A program made the translations under genes and the position numbers. Below, piece after piece: positions 11,704 through 24,384 of a stretch of DNA of 64,000 nt; positions within the stretch are counted from its first letter, which is position 1; each line of letters starts with the position of its first letter. A model generated the notes under the pieces. The model saw only the letters and a list, made by a program, of their open reading frames with translations. It was not told the origin of the DNA and did not search any database. Source of the stretch: Octopus bimaculoides (Eukaryota); contig NC_068982.1 in NCBI RefSeq assembly GCF_001194135.2, forward strand, positions 61,012,838 to 61,076,837, given 5' to 3'.

Positions 11704-12619
11704 TTCCTTTGGAATAATACCAGTGATATCTTCGAAACATGTGTCGGAAGTAAAAGAATTTAACTCCATTTATTTATTTATATATATTATACAAAATATT
11801 TCATGTAAACCCAGAGTTTCTACCTTTAAAAACAAGGAGTTACAACCTTTTTACTTGTATGACTTTTTGCTACCCTGGTAACTATTTATCTATTTTTTCC
11901 ATGTTTATTGTTAACATGGGAAAAATACACACATCTATTTATATATATATATATATACACACACATATTTATAAATTTGTAAACAAATCCGAAGGCTGTA
12001 AATTACAGAGAAGAACAACAGACATAGGTCCTTTTTAATAATAACTGTAATTATATATTATTTGTATAATGATATATGCTCCATTTACTTATATATATTA
12101 TATGTGTGACACACACACATACATACACAAATGCTCACATTCATACATGTTCATATAAATATATACCTAAAGATACATTCCTAAACACTCAAATACGTGT
12201 ATTCACAACCAGTCAATGCAGTCTTTTGTCATCTCCCCCATGAGATACAATAATTTTAGATCAGGCTTAACCACTTCATACAAAATCTTCTTCTGCAAGT
12301 TTCACTTTTGAATGCACTTCTTTATGTCAAATTGATCATAGATTCATAGCTTTGCTGTATAAACTGCAGACACAGGTAAGTGCAATTGAATTGAGAAATC
12401 AATTAAACAGTAAAAGTATGTGGTTGTTGAATACAATCAAAATAATCACATTGCAATCACACAGTAAAAATAATAAATATAAAAGGACTGGAGTAGTTAG
12501 ATCAAAATATTGAACCTTATAGATGTTCTTACAATTATTGTTGTTCAACCATAGATCCATCCTTTTTGGCTAGCAGGCAGTGAGTAGATGCTTGCTTCTA
12601 ATGAAGTGCAAACATGCTG

Positions 12620-13200
12620 AAATCACATGATCAAGCAGTTCCACCACCAGTGCTGGATGGTTTCTCATCTGCTACTGGTTTGATCATGTGGATGGTGATA
12701 GCTCCATAAAGAAGTGCCAATCACTCAAGGTGACTGCAACTCATGGAAGAGAGAGACTCAGGAAGAATGGGATGCAGTACTGAAGGACAATCTCAGGGCA
12801 GTGGACATTTTGGAGGAGCTGACAAAAGACCAAGATACGTGGTGCCTTGCTGTACTCAAGAAGACCTGTCCTCTACAGCAGGAGTGTTAAGGTTACTCTC
12901 CCTGGTGAAGAGGATTGACCTGCAAGAGTCCTGTGTTAGTGTCAAATTAAAAGAACTTGTGCTGGTGCCTGCCACATAAAAAACACTCATGCCAGTGCCA
13001 TGTAAAAGCACCTGTGCCTGCGCTACATTAAAAGCCTCCAGCACACAATGTAAAGTGGTTGGTGTTAATAAGGGCATCAAACCATAGAAACCAAGCCAAA
13101 TCAAACTGAAACATGGTGCAGCTCTCTGGCTTCCAGGTCTAGTCAAACCGTCCAACCCATGCCAGCATGGAAAATGGACATTAACAGATGATGATGATGA
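12620..13200 (+). mobile_element. Older RTE LINE 3' fragment plus tail
   Basis: WFDHVDGDSSIKKCQSLKV and ...DAVLKDNLRAVDILEELTKDQDTWCLAVLKKT in shifted frames; tail ...ccaacccatgccagcatggaaaatggacattaac(gat)n. Confidence 0.7.
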
Positions 13201-13354
13201 TATATATATGTAGATTAAAATCTTAAACTCCGGCATCTTCGAGGGGATGTAGAAAAGTCAGCTAGAAGACTTGTGCTATAGTATTTTAACATCCTTCTGT
13301 CTTAAGTGAGAATTTTTTCTTCATTACAAACTTCAATGAGAACCCTTTGCAGGG

Positions 13355-13386
<32 letters not shown>

Positions 13387-14036
13387 NNNNNNNNNNNNNN
13401 NNNNNNNNNNNNNNNNNNNNNNNNNNNNNNNNNNNNNNNNNNNNNNNNNNNNNNNNNNNNNNNNNNNNNNNNNNNNNNNNNNNNNNNNNNNNNNNNNNNN
13501 NNNNNNNNNNNNNNNNNNNNNNNNNNNNNNNNNNNNNNNNNNNNNNNNNNNNNNNNNNNNNNNNNNNNNNNNNNNNNNNNNNNNNNNNNNNNNNNNNNNN
13601 NNNNNNNNNNNNNNNNNNNNNNNNNNNNNNNNNNNNTATATATATATATATATTATTGTTATTATCATTATGTCAAAGCAAAATGATAAAAAGTGTGTAA
13701 AAGGCTTACCATTGATCAAACACTAAACACAATAAGTAACAGTCATAATTAAATGTAAGTATACCGTGATATAAAAAATGTTGAATTTGGTGAAATATAA
13801 TGGCATGAATGTTGTACATAATGGGATTTAAGACCGAGAATATTTTAAATACAAATTGTCTGACACCTTGTATAAAGAAAATTTATTCTGTATTATCCCA
13901 AATGAGAAGTGGCATATGTGGATATAACAGTCTATTCAGGAAATTGAAGTTATTGTTACTTCAGTTCAGTTATGTTGATCAAAAACATTCCAGTTGTCAC
14001 TACCCCATCTTTTATTCAAAGATAATGTATTGAGAA

Positions 14037-14150
14037 CAGTGGTTCTTAACCTGGGTGGCAGAACCCTCTTGGGAGCATTGTAAATGTATGTGACAGCCAA
14101 CAAATATTAAATGGCACTATGGGAGACACCAGGTGTTTGAGGGGTCATGA
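14037..14150 (+). mobile_element. Partial hAT (Charlie/MER5-like) MITE end
   Basis: Begins cagtggttcttaacct, similar to the TIR at 27595; no partner TIR located. Confidence 0.35.
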
Positions 14151-14190
14151 ATTTTCTCAGAAATAAACTATTTAAAATGTTTACAATGCA

Positions 14191-14574
14191 CTTGTTGGCA
14201 CTCCGTCGCTTACGACGTCGAGGGTTCCAGTTGATCCGATCAACGGAACAGCCTGCTCGTGAAATTAACGCGCAAGTGGCTGAGCACTCCACAGACACGT
14301 GTACCCTTAACGTAGTTCTCGGGGATATTCAGTGTGACACAATCTGACAAGGCTGACCCTTTGAATTACAGGCACAACATAAACAGGAAGAAAGAGTGAA
14401 AGAAAGATGTGGTGAAAGAGTACAGCAGGGTTCGCCACCATCTCCTGCCAGAGCCTCGTGGAGCTTTAGGTGTTTTCGCTCAATAAACACTCATAATGCC
14501 CGGTCTGGGAATCGAAATCGCAATCCTATGACCACGAGTCCGCTGCCCTAACCACTGGGCCATTGCGCCTCCAC
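14191..14574 (-). mobile_element. Young full-length tRNA-derived SINE with 12-bp TSD
   Basis: Minus-strand head ggaggcgcaatggcccagtggttagggcagcggactcgtggtcataggattgcgatttcgattcccagaccggg (A/B-box-like); CpG-rich. TSD GTTTACAATGCA at 14179-14190 and 14575-14586. Confidence 0.9.
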
Positions 14575-15448
14575 GTTTACAATGCATATATATCTAAAAT
14601 ACATTTTCAAAGAAAATATCTTTGTCAGGATTAAAATGTAGGTAGGGCATTATGTTATCTGTAAGTATAAACATGACTGATGATGTGCTCAGGTCTTATA
14701 AAATTTCATTACATAAGTGCTCACTTTCTTTAGTTACTTCCAATAATATTTGATATCAAGAAGGAGCACAGAGTGAATGAGATAAGTATGAAAAAAGTAT
14801 GGGTTATAAAACACTGCACAGAATTTTCTTCCATTTGAGTAAAATAATCAGCTTTGTTTTTTTTCTTCAAAATAAGTGGAGATAATTGTAAATACCGTTC
14901 TGTGAAAGGGAGCACTGACTTACAAGAGGCTGAGAGCTATTAGATCTAGAACTGTGTCCTTCTATTTTTTTAGTTAGCTAGAAGACTTGTGCTATGGTAT
15001 TTTAACACCCTTTTGACTTAAGTGAGAATGTTTTTCTTCATTACAAACTGCAATGAGAACCCTTTGCAGGTTCAAATACCTCTCAAACATATTTGAATTT
15101 CTGTTTTCACCCTCTACAAGTGAAAACTCTTTGTCACTAGAGAAATGATACATTAAAATAGATACATAATAGATGACAGTGGTTAACATTATCAGCAAGG
15201 TCAAATAAAGAATTATAATTGAATATTTAGTGACAAAGCTGTTGTAGTTTAATCCCAGGTTAGTGTTTATTAAGCAGGCCATGACCATCCCATCATTTTC
15301 TTGGGCATTGCATATATATTTCAAGATGGTAGTGAGTAACATGAGGGAGATCTGACTGCTACTTCTGGTAGGCTGAATGATTGTATAGAGGCTACTTTGT
15401 TGGCTCATGTAATTACATAGAGACTCCCTTTATGTGGTTAGTGGTAAT

Positions 15449-15450
15449 AA

Positions 15451-15514
<64 letters not shown>
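15449..15514. repeat. (GTA)n microsatellite
   Basis: Perfect triplet run. Confidence 0.95.
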
Positions 15515-15515
<1 letters not shown>

Positions 15516-16287
15516 ATTATGCTAATGGGAATGAATGAAAGTAATCAGCATTCAGTTTCACATGAAGAGAAGCAATTACTGCAAGGATACCTGGCTAAAT
15601 ATAGATGAATAAGCCACACGTTTATTGATTGTGATGTTGTCCCTATATGATGTAGTCTCATTGGCAATGCTGGTTAGATTAGAAAGAATGGTTTATAATA
15701 TCTATGAGTAGAAGTAGATGAAATCACAAACACAGCATCAGTTACTTGATGGAGGAATAATTCAAAGTCTTGGTAGAAATTAACCGAAGGCTCTTTTCTT
15801 TTTCTTTTCATAAATTTAGCAACTTTTGTTTGTGGTTATTAATGGCTTTGCTGTTGAGAATAGTAATAAAAACAAACATGTACAAACATAATCTGTATAT
15901 AACTTTCCCTTTGTGATCTTCACAGAGTCACAGGGCCAGCCTCTCCCCACTCCCTTCGTCATCAGTGGAGCTAACCACCCTCTGAATATCCAAGATGTCA
16001 CACAGCATTCTATCCACCAGCATATTACTCTGAGTACTGATCACAGTCACCCTTCCTTACCCCCACATCATTATACACCATGCATTAAGGGCCTTTACCG
16101 ATGCTTCATATCCAATCTGGACAGCTGCAAGCCCTCACTTTCAGTCCTCTCACTCTCGTCACCCACTTCATTTCTCCACGAGTGTTTGAAATGTAAGTGC
16201 AAAAGTGACAGGCACACAATGTGACAGGGACTCAATGGGGGACACAGGATGTTTAGAGGGTTGTGATTTTTTCAAGAAATAAAATTC

Positions 16288-16594
16288 TTAACCCTTTTGA
16301 GACACACTGTATTTTGGTATGTGTAGCCAAAAAGACCAAAGTTTTTTTTCCTGTTAAGACTGAAATTGATGGATGCATGTAGAAAACTAAGGATAAAGTG
16401 TCTAAAACTACTTTATTAGTATGTGAAACTATAGATATTATATGATTTTATATCATATCTACTGAAAAACAACCCTTGATAGGCTATTACATTTCAATAC
16501 GTTTGTTCCATCAGGCCCACGGATCAGCCTCAAAGTCTTTTCAGCTTGTATCACTTGGGCTCATCAATCAGCCCCGGTGTCACAAGAGGGTTAA
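16288..16594. mobile_element. piggyBac-like non-autonomous element (TTAA-flanked)
   Basis: Ends ttaa-cccttttgagacac ... gtgtcacaagaggg-ttaa form inverted termini with TTAA target sites. Confidence 0.7.
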
Positions 16595-19077
16595 TGCAGT
16601 TACATAACTTACATTTTACCTACATTAAGTATTTGAAATAAGGTATCTTAAAAATATTAAGATGAGTGAGAAGAGTAACTCATACATAATGTTGGAAATC
16701 ATAAACTTTACAGTAGTTAAAACTGAATGAACACAAAGAGTTAAAAGATAGCATTATAGTATTACTGTTGTTAATTCTGTTGCATTACTGATGACTGACT
16801 CTGAATTTGTTTGTCATGTTTCCAGGCAATAATATCTTAGAATTCACCTGCCTCTGCTTTCCAGCAGCTATCAACTGACAACTATCCAAGAGAGGCATTA
16901 ATTGCATCATTCTCTCCAGTTTTCAAGGTCCTGCAAAAGTCATAAGCACAACTCACTTCCTTGAAATGAAACTAATAAGAAGTTGAGTTGAGTGAAAACT
17001 GATGAAATATGAAAATTCTGCATGTGAAAGGTGTCGAAATGTACAATCTATGCAATGATTTGCTGTACAAAAAGTAACACAATATAAAATTGTTGTAGAA
17101 GTATTGAGAAAATCCAAGACTTACACAAACAGAGGCAGAGGTTGGTACAAAATTGCAACTAGAGCATAATTAAGTCAGAGGAAAATTGCAATAAATTAAT
17201 ATGGTTGACTTAAGAGAACTAGTTTTAGAGATAACTCCCATGTATTGCATTTTCTTACATCATTATCTACATGTTAAAAAGAAAACAAATAAACACTGCA
17301 GTAACCTTAAAATATCTATTTGATATGACTAGATACAACCATGAATTCATTTCTGATGAAATTTATGTAAGAAAGAAAAGACTTAATAAAAGAAGGAAGT
17401 CTCAAAAGAAATATAGCCCGTTACTACAATGTTTCTAAAATAAATGAATTTAAATTTTTTAAAAATTTAACAACACTAAAAGACATAAGTACATTATGTG
17501 CATAACGCCAATAATACTTCCCCCACACCACTGTAAATAATAAACAAAGAGTAGCAAGAAGAAAACTCAATTTGAAAGATCAAATCACTAGAGCTAAATA
17601 ATAAAAGGGAGAAAATTATAGGAAGTGAAAATATTAAGGTAAAAACAGCAGCTATTGATTCAAATTTTCTATTGACTCCTATGCTAACTGGGTGCTACTT
17701 TCTGAAATGATCAGCTGATGCAATAATCAAGTTAAACTGATGGCTAATCACAGGTTATAATACTCAAATGCCAACTGGTGAGAGATGAAAAGGTAAGGTG
17801 ATGGTTAGGTTGTGAAATGATAACAAACAAAACAAAAGTACTTGATAACAGTCCAAATATTCCTTTAATTTTCAACAATGTAACCAACCTTCTTCATTTC
17901 TTAAAAAAAAAAGAAATAACTCTGTCCGTCTAGATGTTTCAGAAGATATTACTATCATGTCCTATGAGAGAAGTAGAAGAGAAAAAGTTAACGGGTTGGT
18001 TGTAAAAAAGAAATACTAGATAGTATAAAATAATAGCCTAAAATTGCAAACAGAGATAAAGAGATGGAAATGAAAACAACAAAACAAAAGAATAAAATAA
18101 AATAAATTTAAGGCAATGATTATTGTTGAGTTTAAAAAAGGAAGACTGGGTTTGGTATGAAATGTTTAAGTTAAAGTGAATTGAGTAGTTAGCAGAGCCA
18201 GAAGAGAAGAAATATTAGAAGAGAAAGAGAAGTGGGAGGAGTAGGTGTAAAATGAATTAGCTGACAAAGAGAACAAGAAAGAAGAGAAAGGGTTGATCTT
18301 TATTCTATTTGATTGTATAAGGAGGGGAAAATAGATGAAAACAAGCACCATCTTGATTGTTAAAGAGAAAGGGGCAGAAATGAGTTGATTCCTAATTACT
18401 TGATCACAGGTATTGGAAAAGAAAGAAAAATAATAAATTACTGAATGTTTGTAGATTAAAAAAAAAAGCATTTTTATAAGAGGTGTGTTAAGTATTAGCA
18501 GTGATAGGAAAAGTGAAAACAGGAAAAGAAGAGAGAGAGAGAGAGAGAGAGAGAATAACCAGAAGAAACACATCTACATTTAATGCCAAAACTGTGACAA
18601 AAATGGCCTCCAGTTCAAGTCAGCATGCAAAGTGGACCTAATCTATGCAAATGTTTGAAAGTGTAAGTGTTTTTTGCCCACTGAGTTTTCCCTTTGCCTG
18701 TTACATGATTGACAGGTGCATTGCTCAAGTACTGCCCTGTTGGATGAAAAAGACAAAAGGCTGAAAATAGAGTATGCTATAAGTTACAGAGAAATAAGGA
18801 AAAAATAAAAAGATGTGAAAGGTTGTGGTGGTGGTGGTGGTGCACCTGCTGCTGGTGATGGTTTTTGGTGGAGATGGAGGTGGGGAAATAAAATGACACA
18901 AATGTCGAAGACAATATATTATACAGAACAAGAGAGATATTTGATACTATATAGATTGCGTGATGCTGACTGAAAAAGAAAAGCTAAATAATATAAATAA
19001 AAAAATAGGAAGAAAAAAAAGCAAACTCTCTTCGGCCATATATAGTTATGGACTGAGTGGTAGAAAGGGGAGTATAA

Positions 19078-19081
19078 TAAC

Positions 19082-19137
<56 letters not shown>

Positions 19138-19170
19138 TAATAATAATAATAATAATAACAACAACAACAT
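19078..19170. repeat. (AAT)n/(AAC)n microsatellite
   Basis: Near-perfect triplet run. Confidence 0.95.
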
Positions 19171-20202
19171 TGCAAAAACTGTAAAAAATAAATAAATGAA
19201 AAAATATCCCAGATCATTAATAACACAAAAGAAAATTGAAATAGACTATAAATTTGTATTTATCTTGGTAAGATAACTGGCCATGCCAAAACATTGGTAA
19301 GGATTAAATATATTCTAGTTTAAAGACTGCATCCACAATATCTTAGTGACAGCTAACAATTCTTTTTGGTAAATAAATGACTTCTGACAGATTTCTCAGT
19401 TTTCCACTTTGTCTCTTTCTTTTTCTTAGGGTTTGAAGTAAAAAATCTTCCAAGATAACACAAAATACATATTTAATAAAGAATATAGAGAATAAACACT
19501 TCAATAAACATGTGGCCAGATATTTGTATACAACAAATAAAAAATTGGTTTGATCCAATTTCCCAACCAAACCCCAAATCTTAGTTCATCCACAACCAAC
19601 CTTACACACAGTTGTTTTCTAATGCTAGCTTGAAGTAGAAAAATTTGTTTGATAACACCTTATTCAACTTCACCATTATTTTCTTTAATGTTCAGTTAAT
19701 TTCAGGACAACAATTTTTCCAAAATGTTTTAGTTTCCACTATATCTATCTAAGTCTCGTATTCTTTTTTATTTCATTTCAAGAGCCACCTTTGTCATGCA
19801 CAATATACCTTAACCCTCACTGCATAATTAAACTTATTAGTGATGTAACATGCTAATCATTATACAAATAAGTTCCTGAGTTAACCCATTTTGATAGTGG
19901 GGTACTTTCTGGAATTCTCTGCATTTCACATGATGTAATAATATAGCTCTGGTGAAAAGAAACATTTCAAAGTATTTCTGAGTAACATATGAATAATATT
20001 CTTGGAAGTACTAATGTTCACCTCAAGAAATGAACCCTTGATAAAAACAGTTCAATTTTTAGTATCAGTCACCCAGTTCCTGTGTCTCAAGTGCGCATGC
20101 ATGTAACCAAATATGCTCAGATCCCACGCAGTAAGAGTTAATTCTCTAATGAGTTTTGTTTTTAATCCAAGCAGTCAGCTTACAAAATAAGTTACATATC
20201 TA

Positions 20203-21062
20203 CAAGGTGGTATCAAAAAGTTCCTGGACTAGTTCTGTAGTGCACCAACAGATGGCAGCACATGGTCGCATGCACAGTGAGAGCTAGCAGTGACCTTCAT
20301 GAGACAGTGTACCAAGTGACATTGCTGTTTTCACTTCATAAGTTGTGTCATTTGTGTTTTTGTGATCATGTGTATGCTGTAGTCTGCAATTTTATCATGG
20401 ACAGGAACAAAGAGCCAATGTAAAATTTTGTGTTAAACTTAGAAAGTCTGCTACAGAGACATTGAGCATGTTTTGGCAAGTGTACGGTGATGAGGCAATG
20501 GATTATATGCAATGTTTCGAGTGGCACAGGTGCTTCAAAAGCAGAAGAACATCTCTGGAAGACAACGAGTGATTTGGAAGACTTGCCATGAGCATCACCC
20601 CCAGAAATGTGGTATTGTGCAAGAGTATTCATCCCCCAGGGTCAGACCATCGATCGAGACTTTTACTAAAACATTTTGAAGCATTTGAGGGAGAATATTT
20701 GGTGAAAGCAATGCAGAGAATTAAATTCTTCCTCAAGCTCTCCTCACTCATGAGTCTCTCACCAAAAACAATGTGGTATCACTTCTGCACCCACCCTATT
20801 TGTCATTTTAGCACATGTGAATCTTTATCTCTTCCCCAAGATGAAAATACAACTCAAAGGTCACTGTTTTAACAGTTGGTGAGATCCAGACCAAATCGCA
20901 GAAAGTCCTCAACTTACTTACAGAAAACAACTTCCAGGCTGGATTCCAAAAGTGGCAGAAACACTGGGACTGGTGTATTACAATACAAGGTGATTATTTT
21001 GAAGGAGATAAGTTATTCTTTATTCAGCATAACTAGTGCAGAAACTTTTTTATACCACCTCA
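20203..21062 (+). mobile_element. Internally deleted mariner element
   Basis: TIR caaggtggtatcaaaaagttcc after TA, with a matching inverted gaaacttttttataccacctca at 21041-21062. From 20405: EQRANVKFCVKLRKSATETLSMFWQVYGDEAM...CFEWHRCFK...LEDNE*FGR (mariner N-terminal HTH). C-terminus: EIQTKSQKVLNLLTENNFQAGFQKWQKHWDWCITIQGDYFEGD. Confidence 0.9.
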
Positions 21063-21184
21063 GGCTTAGCTTTTTTTTATAATGTATCTTAAACTCTTAT
21101 TACTAGTAAACAATTTACCCTATTTGTAAGTTCATCAATTTCTTAATTATAAGACCTAAAACTTTGATAACATTTTCTCACAAA

Positions 21185-21372
21185 GGGCACTGGTAATAGT
21201 ACCACATAAAAGCACCCAGTACACTGTAATGTGATTGGAAGGACAACCAGCTGTAGAAACCAAGCCAAAATAGATTATGGAACCTGGTGTGGCTCCTGGC
21301 CTTACCAGCTGCTGTGAAACAGTTCAACCCATGCTAGCATAGAAAATAGACATTAAATGAAATGATGATGAA
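21185..21372 (+). mobile_element. Degenerate RTE-derived tail
   Basis: cacataaaagcacccagtacact...agctgtagaaacc...caacccatgctagcatagaaaatagacattaaatga. Confidence 0.65.
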
Positions 21373-21713
21373 GATTTCATTGATATAATGCAAAGCATAA
21401 ATCCTCATGATCGTGAAGCAAATTTCACAACCATACAGCTGTTTGCATCTCTTTACATCAGAAAGAGAAAAGCTTAGAATTTCATACTGAGTATAACTCA
21501 TCAATCATATGTTGTTGTTAAGTAAGATGTACTTCTCTCTGGTTAGCTATTTAAAGCTAGTTATAATGGGTTATTGCCAGTCCAAGGGATATGACACAAT
21601 CAGTCTATCAGCTTGCAGGTTACAATACTGAAACATTTCAGACCTTGGACAAATTATACTCTTTATGTAATCTAAAATTTCATAATGCAATGCTGGAAAA
21701 TGCATCTCATCAT

Positions 21714-21945
21714 TTAACCTATTAGCGTTCACATTGTTCTGTCAAATGTAATGCTGAATAAATATTCAGCATTGTTTTGAATTAATCCTGCATTATCTTG
21801 TAACTTCAAGATTCCGATGACATAGCTGTTTATTTTTAGATGACCTTGTAGGATAAGTGTGAGAGGTTAGACCTGACGGGTTTGAACACAAAGCAGTTTG
21901 AATAATTTGGCTAGATATGGCCAGTTTAAGTGCTAAAGAGTTGAA
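21714..21945. mobile_element. TTAA-ended (piggyBac-like) MITE
   Basis: ttaacctattagc ... gctaaagagttgaa imperfect inverted ends; a related truncated copy lies at ~26821-27020. Confidence 0.5.
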
Positions 21946-21999
21946 GGTTGTAAGAGACTTTTATCAACTTGTCCATAGCAATATTAAAACCACTCCATA

Positions 22000-22220
22000 A
22001 GGCAACAAGCTGGCAGAATCATTAGTGCAACAGACAAAATGCTTAGTGGCATATTGTCTACATTATGTTCTGAGTTCAAATTCCACCAAGGTCGACTTTG
22101 CTTTTCATCCTCTCAGGGTCGATAAAATAAGTACCAGTTGAGTACAAAGGTCAATGTAAGTGACTTACCCAACACCCTCGAAACTGCTGGCTTTGTGCCA
22201 AAATTTGAAATCAGTATTAA
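22000..22220 (+). mobile_element. tRNA-derived SINE (gctggcagaatcgttagc-type head)
   Basis: gctggcagaatcattag...gttctgagttcaaattcc...gactttgcttttcatcc...ggtcgataaaataagtaccagttg...gtgccaaaatttgaa. Other copies at ~22660-22790, 23540-23770, 29920-30110, 48010-48130, 49720-49820(-), 50470-50705(-), 51940-52025(-), 61880-62095(-), 63945-64000. Confidence 0.85.
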
Positions 22221-23539
22221 AACCACTCCTCTCTTCTATGTTATTACTAATGTTAAGCATATTTCTTAAGAACACAGCAGACTTGTGATAAAATGGCTTA
22301 TTCTGTATCTGTTCCACACTCCAGTTCAGTATAGTTCATACTGAAGTATAATTATAAGACATGATTAATATAATTGAATATCACTGTATTAATATAGAAT
22401 ATTGAATTAATTGATAATGTACTTTGATAATTCCAAGTAGAATATTCATTTCATTTGTTAGTCCCAAGAGTTATCAAAGCACTTGGTTTCATGAAGTCCT
22501 CCTGAACTGATGGTCAGTTTAGATGACATGGGAGATGCCGAGAAAAAGCATTGGTGGAGAAAGATGTACCTGACCAACATACTGAAGATAGGCAAATGAT
22601 GCTATAAAGAGAGCATATGCTGCCACTGGTTTTAACTTCATAATAATGCTACAGGAATTTCCGAGACCGACTTTGCTTTTCATCCTTTTGGGGCCGATAA
22701 ATTAAGTACCAGTTGTGTACTGGGGTTGATCAAATCATCTGGGCCCCTCCCCTCAGAATTTCAGGCCTTGTACCTAGAGCAGAAAAGAATAATGCTACTG
22801 GAATTGAAAGCAGTAGATAAAGTTTCCTAGGAAGTTCTTATAGTTACTGTTTATCCCTAACAAAAGCATTCCAGCCATAAGTCTTCAGTATTTTTTCAAG
22901 CATTGGCTGATAATGATGTGAGTCTAGCACTAAATTGTCCAGAGTCCTTCCAATTCTTAAAAGAGTAGAATGTGTTTTCAATTAGATTTAACTGCTATTT
23001 CAAAAATAAAGAGCAGCCATGTAGATATTCTTTTGTTGGTATGAGTCTGGTGAAACTTATCAAAATATAGTCAAGCTTCATGTGAGTAGATTTGGTCTAT
23101 GGTGGATGAACAAGTCCATTTTCATAGTGTACCTTTGGGCTCTTTGAAGCAACTTGCTCAGCATGTGAGCTTTATTTTTATTGCTGTTAGAAGGAGAGGT
23201 AGTAGCCATAACACTTTCCAAAGACTCCAAGAGGAGTGGTGGGAGGGCAAGAGGATGGTATCATCAAACCAAAAACCTGATCCAAATGCTTGTAACAGTG
23301 TGGAGCCCTTCACTATATGACAAATTGGCACTATTAAACACAGCAATAGAGTAAGTCTACCACCCAAGTAGGTCACAGCAGGATTTGATCTCAGAATGGA
23401 AAGAGCCAGAACAAATTCCACAGGGCATCATATGTGATAATCTAAAACTTCTGCCAGTTCATTGCTCTAGATTAGTACTTTATTTTATTGATCTTAAAAA
23501 GATGAAAGTCAATCAAAATAATTATGGTGTTTGATAAGT

Positions 23540-23770
23540 AAGGCAGTAAGCTGATAGAATCATTATCACACTGGATAAAATGCTTAGTGGCATTTCGTCC
23601 CTCTTTACTTTCTGAGTTTTAAATTCTGCCAACTTTGCTTTCCATCCTTTCAGGGTCAATTTTGCTTTCCATCCTTTCAGGGTCAATAGAAAAATTCCAG
23701 TTGGCACTGGGGGGTCGACATGATCAACTTACCCAAATTGCTGGTCTTGTGCCAAAATTTGAAACCAAAA
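23540..23770 (+). mobile_element. Same SINE family with internal 27-bp tandem duplication
   Basis: tttgctttccatcctttcagggtcaat at 23634-23660 and 23661-23687. Confidence 0.8.
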
Positions 23771-23949
23771 AGTAAACTTCTAAAGATTTGTGTTATGAGA
23801 AGCTCTAAATAAGATAATGTGATTCTGATGAGAAGCATCTGATATTAGAGTTATTCTCTTTTACCAGGTTTCAGAATTTCCTTTACTGAATATATAGGAA
23901 ATCTTTGCAAATGGGAGAGTGGGGTGTATAGATTAACAAGTGTGTTTAT

Positions 23950-24260
23950 TTAGATGATGCTTAGCAGTTAGAATGTTGGGCTCACAATCACAAGATAGTG
24001 AGTTCGATTCCTGTACTAGGCTGTGTGTTGTGTTCTTGAGCAAGACACTTCATTTCATGTTGCTCCAGTTCACTCAGCTGTAGAAATGAGTTGTGACATC
24101 ACTGGTGCCAAGCTGTATCGACTTTTGCTTTTTATCCTGGATAACATCAGTGGTGTGGAGGCGAGTATGCATGAGCAACTGCTGGTCCACCATAAACAAT
24201 CTTGCCCAGACTTGTACATCAGAAGGTAACTTTCTAGGTATAATCCCATGGTCATTCATA
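23950..24260 (+). mobile_element. tRNA-derived SINE with tgtgttcttgagcaagacacttcatttc central domain
   Basis: Head ...gagttcgattcc; central ttgagcaagacacttcatttcatgttgctccagttcactcagctg; tail shared with 52168-52500. Related copies at ~31270-31415, 35900-36140(-), 48765-48990, 49000-49215, 63603-63850. Confidence 0.8.
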
Positions 24261-24384
24261 ATCAAAGAGGGTCTTTCTTTTTTCTTACAACTTGAACGAG
24301 AGAGCAAGAAGAAACTGAGAATAGTATTACCAGAGATAAGATATTTGTAATTGAAAGGCATTAAACTAACCAAGTACTAACAAA

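Larger units (their letters stand above)
9793..11773 (-). mobile_element. 5'-truncated Penelope-like retroelement (RT + GIY-YIG) with inverted terminal repeat
   Basis: Minus strand encodes FDVTMGSSDSAQVAD (RT motif, ~11610-11655), VNFLDITLNL...PYHKP...YNSALLKVGY (RT thumb), then in the same frame after one TAG: SIY*CKITSGNEVFFYRGSS...RMSNHYSTF...NSTRLSKLIW...CLLCNSE (GIY-YIG). Inverted repeat arms at 9793-9879 and 11704-11773; flanked by (TA)-rich tracts. Confidence 0.9.

Noticed and set aside
17009-17030. CTGATGA-aatat-GAAA
   Set aside because: No stem II or flanking stems; chance match in AT-rich DNA.
18645-18655. Octamer ATGCAAAT and a nearby 53-nt GT-AG interval
   Set aside because: No snRNA or histone gene nearby; a single 8-mer is expected by chance; the intron is very short and unsupported.
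18919-19226. Poly-L/I/Y ORFs (also poly-V at 15381 and poly-E/R at 9063)
   Set aside because: Translations of microsatellites.
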